Both the position numbers and the translations under genes were made by a program. A model generated the notes under the pieces. That model did not search any database. It was not told the DNA's origin and worked only from the letters and a program-made list of their open reading frames with translations. A stretch of 64,000 nucleotides of DNA, from NCBI GenBank assembly GCA_963704165.1, contig CAVPHD010000004.1, positions 416,001 to 480,000 of the forward strand, read 5' to 3'. Numbering within the stretch: the first letter of the stretch is position 1; each line of letters starts with the position of its first letter. The DNA is from an uncultured delta proteobacterium. Its GTDB lineage: Bacteria; Myxococcota_A; UBA9160; SZUA-336. Of this stretch, positions 51,680 to 61,295 are shown one piece after another.

Positions 51680-52920
51680 CGCGACCGGACCTGGACGGTC
51701 CGGGAATCGCAGTCCTGAATCTCGGCGGGTTCGCCAACCCCGACGTGCTCCTCGTCCAGCGCTCGGGCGCCAAGCTGGTCGTGAAGGACTGGGGGAGACG
51801 CTCGGCGTGGGTCCGTGCGCTCGTCGCTCCCTGGCTCGCCCGCCACGAGGCCGCGATGTTGACCCGCGCCGACGGTATCGACGGCATCCCCCGTCTGCGC
51901 GGGCGGATCGATCGGCTCGCCCTCGCGATGGAGTACCTCGAAGGTCAGCCGCTTCACCGGCACTCGCACGGCCGGGCTCTCCCATCGGCGTTCTTCGCGG
52001 AGCTCGAGACGATTCTCGAGCGGCTGGCCCGCCGCAGGGTGGCCTACCTCGATCTGCGCAGCCCGACGAACGTTCTCGTCACGCCGAGTGGCGCGCCGGC
52101 ACTCGTCGACCTCGGAAGCGCGCTCCGGCTGCCGCTACCGTGGCGCTGGATCCTCGCTCTCGAGAGGCGTGCGCTCGCAAAGCTCCGCGCGCGCTTCGAG
52201 CAGCGGCGCGATGGCGCGCCGGGGGTGGCGGACCCGGAGGACGACCTCAGCGCCAGCCTGAAGGCGGGCGGGACGCGTTTCTGCATTCGCGAATACGGAT
52301 CGCCGCTCGATCCGATCCCGGTGCTCTTTCTGCCCGACGTCGGAACATCCGCACGTGTCTTCGCGCCGATGCTCTCTCGCGCCGCGGCGCACGGCCGACG
52401 CGCGATCGGCATCGATCTGCCGGGCTTTGGCCGCTCTCGACGCGATGTCGAGTCCCTCGAGCCGGCACGCGTTGCCGCGCAACTCGACGACCTGCTTCAC
52501 TCACTTCGGATCTCGCGCGTCGATCTGGTCGGGACGGGACTTGGCGCCGTCGTCGGCGGCGCGCTCGCGGCGCGATCTCCGGGCCGAGTTCGCCGTCGGA
52601 TCGCGATCGACGCGGACGATGCGCCCGGCCGCGCCGCGGAGGTCGAACTGCGCCGGGGCCTCGCGGCCCGCGACCCCGAGGCGCTCCGCGCCCGCGTGCT
52701 CGGCGCTTTGCCCGAGGGTCTCCCCGCCGATCTTCGCGCGACGCTGGCACGGGAGCTCGCGCGCGTTCCTGCGCGCAACCTCGCGCTCGCGTATACCCGG
52801 CACGAGCGGGGCTCTACGCCGCTCGGTATCGGAGATCGCGGACGTGTCGATCTCGAGCCCGCGGCGGCAGGCGATCCCGAGCGTGTCTGGGCCGAGCTCG
52901 AGGATCCGGACGATCCCTAG
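51646..52920 (+). CDS. RIO/Kdo-type kinase fused to an alpha/beta-hydrolase-like domain
   Basis: VVKD, MEYLEG, DLRSPTNVLV, LVDLG; then IDLPGFGRS, LVGTGLG. Confidence 0.75.
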   Translation: MHGGALGTLLLTRPDLDGPGIAVLNLGGFANPDVLLVQRSGAKLVVKDWGRRSAWVRALVAPWLARHEAAMLTRADGIDGIPRLRGRIDRLALAMEYLEGQPLHRHSHGRALPSAFFAELETILERLARRRVAYLDLRSPTNVLVTPSGAPALVDLGSALRLPLPWRWILALERRALAKLRARFEQRRDGAPGVADPEDDLSASLKAGGTRFCIREYGSPLDPIPVLFLPDVGTSARVFAPMLSRAAAHGRRAIGIDLPGFGRSRRDVESLEPARVAAQLDDLLHSLRISRVDLVGTGLGAVVGGALAARSPGRVRRRIAIDADDAPGRAAEVELRRGLAARDPEALRARVLGALPEGLPADLRATLARELARVPARNLALAYTRHERGSTPLGIGDRGRVDLEPAAAGDPERVWAELEDPDDP

Positions 52921-52943
52921 CCCCGGCCACGCTCCGCGGCGGG

Positions 52944-53465
52944 TCAGTCGGGTGAAGCGATCAGCGCATCGGACTCCGCGTCCGGCGTCAGCCGGGTCGC
53001 GGTGCGGATCTCGATCTCGGGGGCGGCCCGGCCTTCGAGCTCGGAGAGGAGCGCGCTGCGCAAGGCCTCCTCACTGCACTCCCCGACGATGTGCAGAGGC
53101 CGGGCATTTCGGGGCACCCGCGGGCCGTTGCCGACGCGCACGACGTCGAGCTCGATCTCGTCGGCCATGGGTGGGTTCTCGAAGCGCAGAGCGACGCGCT
53201 GGCCCGGCTCGAGGTGGCCGCGGTAGACCCAGCTCGATTTCCAGGTCGCAGGCGCGTCCGCCAGGTTCGAGGTCGAGCGCATGCGCAGCTCCACCCATTC
53301 GACGGGGCGCGCGCTCTGATTGCGCACGACGGCGCAGATCTCCGACTGATCGGGAATCTGCTCGAAGTGTGTGCTGTACGCGCCGCGAACGCGCTCCAGG
53401 TTGACCGCGCCCGGGGCGCAGGAACAGAGCACGAGCAGCGCGAGCAGGGGGGGGGCTCGTCGCAT
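52944..53465 (-). CDS. Lipoprotein with Ig-like (FxLYD-like) domain
   Basis: MRRAPPLLALLVLCS-C lipobox; VVRN...V.L...LEPGQ...F pattern. Confidence 0.6.
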   Translation of the reverse strand: MRRAPPLLALLVLCSCAPGAVNLERVRGAYSTHFEQIPDQSEICAVVRNQSARPVEWVELRMRSTSNLADAPATWKSSWVYRGHLEPGQRVALRFENPPMADEIELDVVRVGNGPRVPRNARPLHIVGECSEEALRSALLSELEGRAAPEIEIRTATRLTPDAESDALIASPD

Positions 53466-53539
53466 GGGGGGGTCTCCGACCCCTTCATCGGAGGCCCCTT
53501 CGTGGGGCTTTACACCCGAGCTGGAGACGCCATCCCGCG

Positions 53540-54154
53540 TCAGCCGGACCCGGCGCTCGCTTCGAGCGCCTCTCGGACGAGCTCGAGCCGGTCGTTTCCG
53601 AAGTACATGTCCGAGCCGTTCACGAACATGGTGGGCGAGCCGAACCCGCCGCGGGCGATCAGCTCGTCGGTGTTCTCGCGAAGCCTCGCCTTGTACTCCT
53701 GCGACGCGATCCGAGCGAAGAACTCGCCGGCGGGTAGACCCGCGCGAGTCGCGATCGGCTCCAAGACCGCGTCCTGCGAGATGTCCTGCAGGTCGCCCCA
53801 GTACGCCTCGAAGACTCCGCGAACGTATCCGGGCAGGACTCCGCGCTCGAGCGCGAAGAACGCGCCGCGCATCGCCTTCACGCTGTTCACCGGAAACACC
53901 GGAGGCTGGCCGATGCGCAGCCCGTACGAGCGCGCCCAGTCCCGCAGATCCTTGGCGTAGTAGCGCGCCTTCGCCGGAACGGGATTCGAGCGCTGCTCGT
54001 AGACGCTCGAGTTCACCGAGTTGAACACCCCGCCCACCAGGATCGGGCGCCACACGAGCTCCGCGCGGGATTCACGACAGATGTCCTCGATTCGGTGGAA
54101 CGCGAGGTAGGTCCAAGGACTGCTGCAATCGAAGAAGAACTCGAGTCTGGCCAT
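53540..54154 (-). CDS. 2-hydroxychromene-2-carboxylate isomerase / DsbA (GST-kappa) family
   Basis: FFFDCSSPWTY, FPVNS, GGFGSPT, FGNDRL. Confidence 0.92.
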   Translation of the reverse strand: MARLEFFFDCSSPWTYLAFHRIEDICRESRAELVWRPILVGGVFNSVNSSVYEQRSNPVPAKARYYAKDLRDWARSYGLRIGQPPVFPVNSVKAMRGAFFALERGVLPGYVRGVFEAYWGDLQDISQDAVLEPIATRAGLPAGEFFARIASQEYKARLRENTDELIARGGFGSPTMFVNGSDMYFGNDRLELVREALEASAGSG

Positions 54155-54259
54155 CGTCGCCTCCAGGCCGATTCTACGAGGACGCCGACGCGCGCGCGCG
54201 GATGAAATCCGGTAAAGTGCCGCCCCGTAACGGACCTTTGACCCGGACGAGGAGGACGC

Positions 54260-55972
54260 GTGGAGGTCAGTCGTCACGACATCGTTCTGGTCGGCGGTGG
54301 AGGTGCGGGGCTACGCGCCGCGATCGCGGCCGTCGAGGCGGACCCGAAGCTCACGGTGGCGTGCGTTTCGAAGCTGTATCCGATGCGAAGCCACACGGTT
54401 TCCGCCGAGGGCGGTGCCGCGGCCGTCGCACGCGAGGACGACAACCTCGACCTGCACGCCTACGACACGCTGAAGGGCAGTGATTTCCTCGCGGACCAGG
54501 ACTCCGTCGAGGTCTTCGTCGAGGCCGCCCCGAAGGAGCTCGTCCAGCTCGAGCACTGGGGCTGTCCGTGGAGCCGTGAGACGGATGGCCGCGTGGCGGT
54601 GCGCGCGTTCGGCGGGATGACGACGAAGCGCACCTGGTACGCGACCGACAAGACCGGCTTCCACATGCTGCACGCGCTCTTCCAGACGTCGCTCAAGCAC
54701 GACCGCATCGTCCGCTACGACGAGTACTTCGCGACCAAGATCCTCGTCGAGAATGGCCGCGCCGTCGGCGTCGCGGCCTTCGACATGCGCACCGGGAAGA
54801 TGCACGCGATGCTCGGACGCGCGGTGATCCTGTGCACGGGCGGCGCGGGTCGGATCTTCCCGTTCACGACCAACGCGGCGGTGAAGACCGGCGACGGCAT
54901 GGCGCTCGCGTACCGCGCCGGCGTCGGCCTGAAGGACATGGAGTTCGTGCAGTACCACCCGACGGGGCTGCCCGGCACGGGGATTCTGATCACCGAGGCT
55001 TCGCGGGGCGAAGGCGGTCATCTCAAGAACAACAAGGGCGAGCGCTTCCTGATCGACTACGACTACGGCGTCGGCGGGAAGGCGGAGCTCGGCCCGCGCG
55101 ACATGGTCTCGCGCGCCGAGATGCGCGAGTTCCAGGCCGGGCGAGGCTTCAAGGGGCCGTACGGCGACTACGTGCATCTGGAGCTGATGCACCTGGGCGA
55201 AGAGAAGATCGACAAGAAGATCCCGTTCGTGCGCGAGCTCGCGAAGAACTACGTCGGAATCGACCCGGTCTTCGAGCCGATTCCGGTGCGGCCCGTCGTC
55301 CACTACATGATGGGCGGCGTCGATACCGACGTGAACGGTGCGACGAATCTGCCGGGGCTGTACGCGGCGGGTGAAGTCGCCTGCGTCTCGATCAACGGCG
55401 CGAACCGGCTCGGCTCGAACTCGCTGACCGAGTGCCTCGTCTTCGGCGCACGCGCCGGTCGCGCTGCCGTGGAGTTCTCGAAGGGTTCGACGTCGGGTGA
55501 CGAGAAGAACGCGCTCGATCAGGCGCGCTCCGAAGAGGGCCGGCTCGAGCGACTGCGCGGCAAGCACGGAGGCGAGAAGATCGCGCAGATCCGACGCGAG
55601 CTGAATCTGGCGACCGAGTCGGGTTGCGGGGTCTTCCGCGAAGAGGAATCGATCCGCTCCGGGCTCGACACCGTCGTTCAGCTCAAGGGTCGCTACGTAG
55701 ACGTGGGTCTCACGGATCGAAGCCTGATCTTCAACACCGAGGTGGTGCAGGCGCTCGAGCTCGGGAACATGATCGACGTGGCCGAGACCGTCATCCTCTC
55801 CGCGCTGCACCGGCGCGAGTCGCGCGGTGCGCATACGCGCACCGATTTCCCGATCCGCAACGACGGGGAGTTCTGGAAGCACTCCCTGGTGACGTTCGCA
55901 GCCGATGGGCCGCGCCTGTCGTACAAGCCGGTGAAGAAGACGCGCTGGGAACTCGAGGAGCGGAAGTACTGA
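54260..55972 (+). CDS. frdA: Fumarate reductase flavoprotein subunit
   Basis: [16 protein letters not shown] (FAD His), [21 protein letters not shown]. Confidence 0.9.
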   Translation: MEVSRHDIVLVGGGGAGLRAAIAAVEADPKLTVACVSKLYPMRSHTVSAEGGAAAVAREDDNLDLHAYDTLKGSDFLADQDSVEVFVEAAPKELVQLEHWGCPWSRETDGRVAVRAFGGMTTKRTWYATDKTGFHMLHALFQTSLKHDRIVRYDEYFATKILVENGRAVGVAAFDMRTGKMHAMLGRAVILCTGGAGRIFPFTTNAAVKTGDGMALAYRAGVGLKDMEFVQYHPTGLPGTGILITEASRGEGGHLKNNKGERFLIDYDYGVGGKAELGPRDMVSRAEMREFQAGRGFKGPYGDYVHLELMHLGEEKIDKKIPFVRELAKNYVGIDPVFEPIPVRPVVHYMMGGVDTDVNGATNLPGLYAAGEVACVSINGANRLGSNSLTECLVFGARAGRAAVEFSKGSTSGDEKNALDQARSEEGRLERLRGKHGGEKIAQIRRELNLATESGCGVFREEESIRSGLDTVVQLKGRYVDVGLTDRSLIFNTEVVQALELGNMIDVAETVILSALHRRESRGAHTRTDFPIRNDGEFWKHSLVTFAADGPRLSYKPVKKTRWELEERKY

Positions 55973-55973
55973 G

Positions 55974-56718
55974 ATGGCCGAGATGAAGGTGGTGAAGTTC
56001 GAAGTCCTGCGTTTTCTTCCGGAGTCGGATCAGGAACCGCGCTTCGACACCTACGAGGTGCCGTGCATGGAGGACTGGGTCGTCCTCGATGCGCTGAACG
56101 CGATCAAGGACGACATCGACCCGACCCTGTCGCACCGCTGGTCGTGTCGCATGGGTGTGTGCGGAAGCTGCGGCATGCTCGTCAACGGCCGTCCGATTCT
56201 GACCTGTGCGGCCTTCGTGCGGAACTACGAGGGCACGATCCGCGTCGAGCCGCTCTCGAACTTCCCGGTCGTCCGCGACCTCGTCGTCGATCTCGAGTCG
56301 TTCATCTCGAAGATCAAGAGCGTGAAGCCCTGGATCATCCGCAAGATCGAGAAGGACGTCGCCGAGGGCGAGTACCGGCAGTCACCCGAGCAGCTCGCCG
56401 AGTTCAAGCAGTACTCCATGTGCATCAACTGCGCGCTCTGCTACGCGGCGTGCCCCGTGCTCGCCTCGGAGCCGGCTTTCGTCGGCCCGGCCGCGATCGC
56501 GCTCGGCCACCGTTACAACCTCGATTCACGCGACGAGGGCGATGCCGAGCGCTTCGACGACGCTCGCCGATGCCGATGGGGTCTGGGCCTGCTCCTACGC
56601 GAACGAGTGTAGCCAGGTCTGCCCCAAACACGTCGATCCGGCGATGGCGATCCAGCAGGCGAAGCTGACCTCCGCGCTGCAGTGGTTGCACGTCCTGCCC
56701 AAGAAGAGCTTCACATGA
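55974..56718 (+). CDS. frdB: Fumarate reductase Fe-S subunit (+1 frameshift near 56560)
   Basis: [23 protein letters not shown]-terminal [17 protein letters not shown] in the next frame. Confidence 0.9.
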
Positions 56719-57143
56719 GCCGAGCCCACGCGAAAGCGCCGATCACGAAGACCGCTCCCGCGCGCAAACCGTCGGGTTTTCCGCTCGGATGGCGCCGCTA
56801 CCGCAGCTACACGCTCTTCGCGTTCACCTGCATTCCGATGGCGATCTCGGCCGCCTTGCTCCTGCAGGGCGTCGCGGCCCTCGGTCAGGGTGAGCAGGCG
56901 TGGACGTCCTGGCTCGCGTCGCTCGCGAGTCCCGGCTTGCGCGCCTTGAACGTCTTCTGCCTCGCGTTCACGCTCTACTTCGCTTTCCGCTTCGGTTGGG
57001 TCGGGCGCAAGATCGCGGCGGGCCGGATCGGCCCGATTCCGAAGCCGCCCCTTCCATTGCCCATTCTCGGAGTCGCACCGCTCGGCGGCTTCGTCGCGCT
57101 CTGGCTCGTCGTGATCCTGATCCTCGGGGGGGCGATCGGATGA
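56715..57143 (+). CDS. frdC: Fumarate reductase membrane anchor C (divergent)
   Basis: Three TM helices; operon position; ATGA overlaps. Confidence 0.65.
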   Translation: MSRAHAKAPITKTAPARKPSGFPLGWRRYRSYTLFAFTCIPMAISAALLLQGVAALGQGEQAWTSWLASLASPGLRALNVFCLAFTLYFAFRFGWVGRKIAAGRIGPIPKPPLPLPILGVAPLGGFVALWLVVILILGGAIG

Positions 57144-57493
57144 ATCTGATTCGCAGGCTCGAGCCGGTTTGGTGGTTGTTGTTCGGCGCGGGGGGTTTCA
57201 TCGCCGGGTTCTTCCTGCCCGGGTTGATCATCGGCGTCCTGCTTCTCGGGCCGAGCGACCTGATGAGCGGTGGGCTCGGCTACGAGCGAGCGCTCGCGCT
57301 GGCCTCGAGCCCCGTTGGCAAGATCTTCCTGTGCGCCGTGCTCACGCTGACCTTCTGGCACTGCGCGCACCACCTGCGTCACTTCGCGCTCGACCTGTTC
57401 GGGCACGCCGTCGCGCCGATCGCGGCGTTCGGCTCCTACGCCCTCGCGCTGATCGCGACGCTCGCGACCCTAGGAACCGTTCTCGCGCTCTAG
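57140..57493 (+). CDS. frdD: Fumarate reductase membrane anchor D
   Basis: EPVWWLLFGAGG and WHCAHHLRH..LD, similar to the FrdD pattern. Confidence 0.8.
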   Translation: MNLIRRLEPVWWLLFGAGGFIAGFFLPGLIIGVLLLGPSDLMSGGLGYERALALASSPVGKIFLCAVLTLTFWHCAHHLRHFALDLFGHAVAPIAAFGSYALALIATLATLGTVLAL

Positions 57494-58648
57494 CTCCGCG
57501 AGAATCGAGGCGCGATTCGCGTCGAGCTCGGGAGCGGGCGGCCGTGTCGTCGGATCGGGGCGACCGTCGAGCTTGATCGGGTTCCCCGGCATCTCGAGGA
57601 CGCCCGCGATCGGATCGTCGACCGACACGATCATGTTTCGGGCGCGAATCTGTGGGTCGGCCAGCACGCCCGCGATGTCGTGGATCGGTCCGCAGGGCAC
57701 GCCGACGGCGGCCAGTCGTTCGAGCCACTCTGAAGCATCGCGCGTTGCGAGCCGCTTCTCGATCTCGGGGGTGAGTGCGTCGGCGTGCTGCGCGCGCTCC
57801 TGAACGCCGACGAAGCGGGGATCGTCGAGCAGTTCGCGGGCATCGAGGACTTCGCAGAGCCGGCGGTACATCTCGTCGTGTCCGGCCGCGATCACCAGAT
57901 GCCGATCGCGCGCGCGAAACGCCGCGAAGGGAGCGATCGACGGATGCCGCGCTCCGAGCGGGCCCGGCACCGAACCCGTCGCTGCATAGCGCGCGATCGC
58001 GTTCTCCAGGATCGCGACCTGGGAATCGAGCATGGCGACGTCGACGTGCCGGCCGAGCCCCGTGCGCTCGCGTTCCTGCAGCGCGGCGAGCACGCCGATC
58101 GTGCCGAAGAGGCCCGCCGTGATGTCGCCGATCGAGGTGCCGACGCGCGTCGGCGGGCCGCCGGGCCAACCCGTCAGGCTCATCACCCCGCCCATCGCCT
58201 GCACGACCATGTCGAACGCGGGCCGGGCCGCGTAGGGACCGGTCTGGCCGAAGCCCGAGATCGACGCGAGCACGAGCCGCGGCCAGCGTCGATGCAGCGC
58301 ATCCCATCCGAATCCGTGCTTGGCGAGCACGCCCGGGCGGTAGTTCTCGACCAGAACGTCCGCGCGCGCGAGCAGTGCCTCGAAGATCACGCGATCGTCG
58401 GCGGCGCCGAGATCGAGCGCGATGCTCTCCTTGCCGCGATTGAGCGACATGAAGTACGCGGACTTTCCGGCGACGAACGGTCCGACCTCGCGCGCATCGT
58501 CGCCGCGGCCCGGTCGCTCCACCTTGATCACGCGTGCGCCGAGCTCGGCGAGCACGAGCGTGCAATAGGGACCGGCGAGCACGCGCGTCAGATCGATGAC
58601 GAGGAGTCCGTCGAGCGGACCAGGCGGGATCTGCGCGGGGTCGGACAT
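57470..58648 (-). CDS. CaiB/BaiF (family III) CoA-transferase
   Basis: DLTRVLAGP, GDDAR, LNRGKES, ENYRPG, GFGQTGP. Confidence 0.93.
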   Translation of the reverse strand: MSDPAQIPPGPLDGLLVIDLTRVLAGPYCTLVLAELGARVIKVERPGRGDDAREVGPFVAGKSAYFMSLNRGKESIALDLGAADDRVIFEALLARADVLVENYRPGVLAKHGFGWDALHRRWPRLVLASISGFGQTGPYAARPAFDMVVQAMGGVMSLTGWPGGPPTRVGTSIGDITAGLFGTIGVLAALQERERTGLGRHVDVAMLDSQVAILENAIARYAATGSVPGPLGARHPSIAPFAAFRARDRHLVIAAGHDEMYRRLCEVLDARELLDDPRFVGVQERAQHADALTPEIEKRLATRDASEWLERLAAVGVPCGPIHDIAGVLADPQIRARNMIVSVDDPIAGVLEMPGNPIKLDGRPDPTTRPPAPELDANRASILAELERENGS

Positions 58649-58673
58649 CCGGGACGCATGCTAGCATCCGCCC

Positions 58674-60935
58674 ATGTCCGAGCCGGTGCCGCGCGCAACG
58701 CGACCCGCCGCCGCGGGTCCGGGCGCGGTGCTCTCGACGTTGCGAAGCGTCGGCCGGATGGGTCTTCCGCGCGGGCTCGACGTGCTCGCACATCTGAACC
58801 AGATCGACGGCTTCGACTGTCCCGGCTGCGCGTGGCCCGAGGCGAAGGATCGGCTTCGATTCGAGTTCTGCGAGAACGGCGCGAAGGCCGTCGCGCACGA
58901 AGCGACGCGGAAGCGCGTCACGCGAGAGCTCTTCGCCCGGAACTCGATTGCGGAGCTCGCGGCCCACGACGACCGCTGGCTCGAGGCTCAGGGGCGGCTG
59001 ACGGAGCCGATGTGGTTGCGGCCCGGCGCTCGGCACTACGAGCCCATCGGCTGGGAAGCGGCGTTCGCGTGCATCGCCGATCGGCTTCGTGCGCTCGCTT
59101 CTCCCGACGAGGCGATCTTCTACACGTCGGGCCGGACCAGCAACGAGGCGGCATTCCTGTGGCAGCTCTTCGCGCGCACCTTCGGCACGAACAACCTCCC
59201 CGACTGCTCGAACATGTGTCACGAATCGAGCGGGACGGGACTCGTCGAGACGATCGGCGAAGGGAAGGGCACGGTCGGGCTCGATGACTTCGAGCGCTGC
59301 GATCTGATCCTCGTACTCGGCCAGAACCCAGGCTCGAATCACCCGCGCATGCTGACCGTGCTCCAGGCGGCGAAGCGGCGCGGCTGCGCGATCGCGAGCG
59401 TGAATCCGCTGCGCGAGCGTGGACTGGTGGCGTTCGCGAACCCGCAGGAGGCGCTCGGGCTGCTCGGCATCGGCACGCCGCTCGCGGACCTGTTCGTGCA
59501 ACTTCGCGTCGGCGGCGACGTCGCGCTCCTTCAGGGAGTCGCGAAGTGCCTGCTCGAGCTCGAAGCCGCGAGTCCGGGCCGCGTTCTCGACCACGAGTTC
59601 ATCGCCGAGCACACGTCTGGATTCGCGGACTGGCGCGCGTCGATCGAGCGCCGCTCGTTCGACGAGCTCGAGCGAGCGAGCGGCGTCGCGAGTGCGGGCA
59701 TGCGCGAGTTGGCGCGGCTCTACGCGCGTTCCGAACGGGTCATCGCCTGCTGGGCCATGGGGCTCACGCAGCACGTGCACGGGGTCGAGAACGTGCGGGA
59801 AGTCGTGAACCTGCTGCTGCTTCGCGGGAACATCGGTCGTCCCGGCGCCGGACCGTGTCCGGTGCGCGGGCACAGCAACGTGCAGGGCGATCGCACGATG
59901 GGCATCTGGGAACGCCCGACGCCCGAGTTCCTCGACCGGCTCGGAGCCGAGTTCGGCATCTCTCCGCCGCGAGCGCACGGACACGATACGGTGTCGGCAA
60001 TCCATGCACTCGACGACGGTCGGGCGAAGCTGTTCATCGCGCTCGGTGGCAACTTCGTTCGCGCGGCGCCGGATTCGGAACGGGCCGAGCGGGCCTTGCG
60101 GCGCGCGGCCCTGACCGCGCAGATCTCGACGACGCTGAATCGCTCGCACCTCGTGCACGGTCGCGAGGCGTTCATCTTGCCCACGCTCGGCCGCACGGAG
60201 CGCGACCTCCGGGACGGCGTTGCGCAGTTCGTGACCGTCGAGGACTCGATGCGGTGCGTCCATCGGTCGCAGGGTCGCCTCGAACCCGCGTCGCCCGAGC
60301 TGCGCAGCGAGCCCGCGATCGTATGCGGCCTCGCGCGGGCGGCGCTCGGTCCGACGCATCCGATTCCGTGGGAGTCCTTCGTCGGTGACTACGATCGGGT
60401 GCGTGAGCGCATCGCGCGCGTCGTACCCGGCTTCGAGGACATGAATCGGCGCGTGCGCGCCGAGGGCGGGTTCGTGCTCCCGAGCGAGGCCGGCGCGCGC
60501 CGGTTCGCGACCGTCACCGGGCGCGCGGGTTTCAGCGTGCAGAAGATCCCCGAGCACGAGCTCGAACCCGGACGGCTCTGGCTGATGACGATCCGCAGTC
60601 ACGACCAGTACAACACCACCGTCTACAGCGACGACGATCGCTACCGGGGAATCGCGGGCGACCGCCGAGTGGTCTTCCTGAATCGCGACGACATGATCGA
60701 GCTGGGGCTCGTCGCCGGGGAGCAGGTCGAGATCACGAGCCACTGGCGCGGAGAGACGCGCTCGCTCGGCGGTTTCGGTGTCCGCCCGTTCGACCTGCCC
60801 CGAGGCTGTGCGGCTTCGTACTTCCCCGAGGCGAATCCGCTGGTTCCCGTCGATGCGCACGCGGAGGGCAGTCGCACGCCTGCCTACAAGTCCCTGCCGA
60901 TCTCGCTCCGGCCCGAGCGCCGGACGACCGGCTGA
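58674..60935 (+). CDS. FdhF/YdeP-family molybdopterin oxidoreductase
   Basis: GFDCPGCAW, EFCENG, YTSGR, PDCSNMCHE, RGHSNVQG, RSHDQYNTT. Confidence 0.93.
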   Translation: MSEPVPRATRPAAAGPGAVLSTLRSVGRMGLPRGLDVLAHLNQIDGFDCPGCAWPEAKDRLRFEFCENGAKAVAHEATRKRVTRELFARNSIAELAAHDDRWLEAQGRLTEPMWLRPGARHYEPIGWEAAFACIADRLRALASPDEAIFYTSGRTSNEAAFLWQLFARTFGTNNLPDCSNMCHESSGTGLVETIGEGKGTVGLDDFERCDLILVLGQNPGSNHPRMLTVLQAAKRRGCAIASVNPLRERGLVAFANPQEALGLLGIGTPLADLFVQLRVGGDVALLQGVAKCLLELEAASPGRVLDHEFIAEHTSGFADWRASIERRSFDELERASGVASAGMRELARLYARSERVIACWAMGLTQHVHGVENVREVVNLLLLRGNIGRPGAGPCPVRGHSNVQGDRTMGIWERPTPEFLDRLGAEFGISPPRAHGHDTVSAIHALDDGRAKLFIALGGNFVRAAPDSERAERALRRAALTAQISTTLNRSHLVHGREAFILPTLGRTERDLRDGVAQFVTVEDSMRCVHRSQGRLEPASPELRSEPAIVCGLARAALGPTHPIPWESFVGDYDRVRERIARVVPGFEDMNRRVRAEGGFVLPSEAGARRFATVTGRAGFSVQKIPEHELEPGRLWLMTIRSHDQYNTTVYSDDDRYRGIAGDRRVVFLNRDDMIELGLVAGEQVEITSHWRGETRSLGGFGVRPFDLPRGCAASYFPEANPLVPVDAHAEGSRTPAYKSLPISLRPERRTTG

Positions 60936-60973
60936 GCGGGCCGGGTGCTCTGGCATCCGCCTCCGGTATCCTG

Positions 60974-60992
60974 GATAATGAGACTCGTTCTC
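60974..60992 (+). promoter_or_regulatory. Fur box upstream of feoAB
   Basis: GATAATGAGACTCGTTCTC, 15/19 match to GATAATGATAATCATTATC. Confidence 0.8.
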
Positions 60993-61007
60993 AAAAAGAG
61001 GGTCTCG

Positions 61008-61295
61008 ATGCAGGGTGCAGAGAGGGGCGCGGGCCCGAACCGAGAAGCGTCCATCCCGCTCTTGGCCCTCGCGGTCGGGATCACCGCGCGGATCGCGGAA
61101 CCGGATCGATCCGGTGCGATTCCAACTCGGCTCGAGGACCTCGGGTTCGTACCCGGCACGCTCCTGCGCGTGGTCCGGCGCGCCCCGTTCGGGGATCCGA
61201 TCGAGGTGGAGATCCGCGGCTATCGGCTCTGCCTTCGGGCCGAGCAGGTGACCGGCCTCCGCGTCGTTCCGAATCGCGCGGACTCCAGCGAATGA
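61008..61295 (+). CDS. feoA: Ferrous iron transport protein A
   Basis: RLEDLGFVPG...APFGDPIE...GYRLCLR. Confidence 0.92.
   Translation: MQGAERGAGPNREASIPLLALAVGITARIAEPDRSGAIPTRLEDLGFVPGTLLRVVRRAPFGDPIEVEIRGYRLCLRAEQVTGLRVVPNRADSSE

Noticed and set aside
57342..60956. Very long antisense ORFs (1204 aa here; also 32244..35303, 46553..49477, 17562..19868)
   Set aside because: Shadow frames of well-supported opposite-strand genes in high-GC DNA; Arg/Ala-rich with no motifs.
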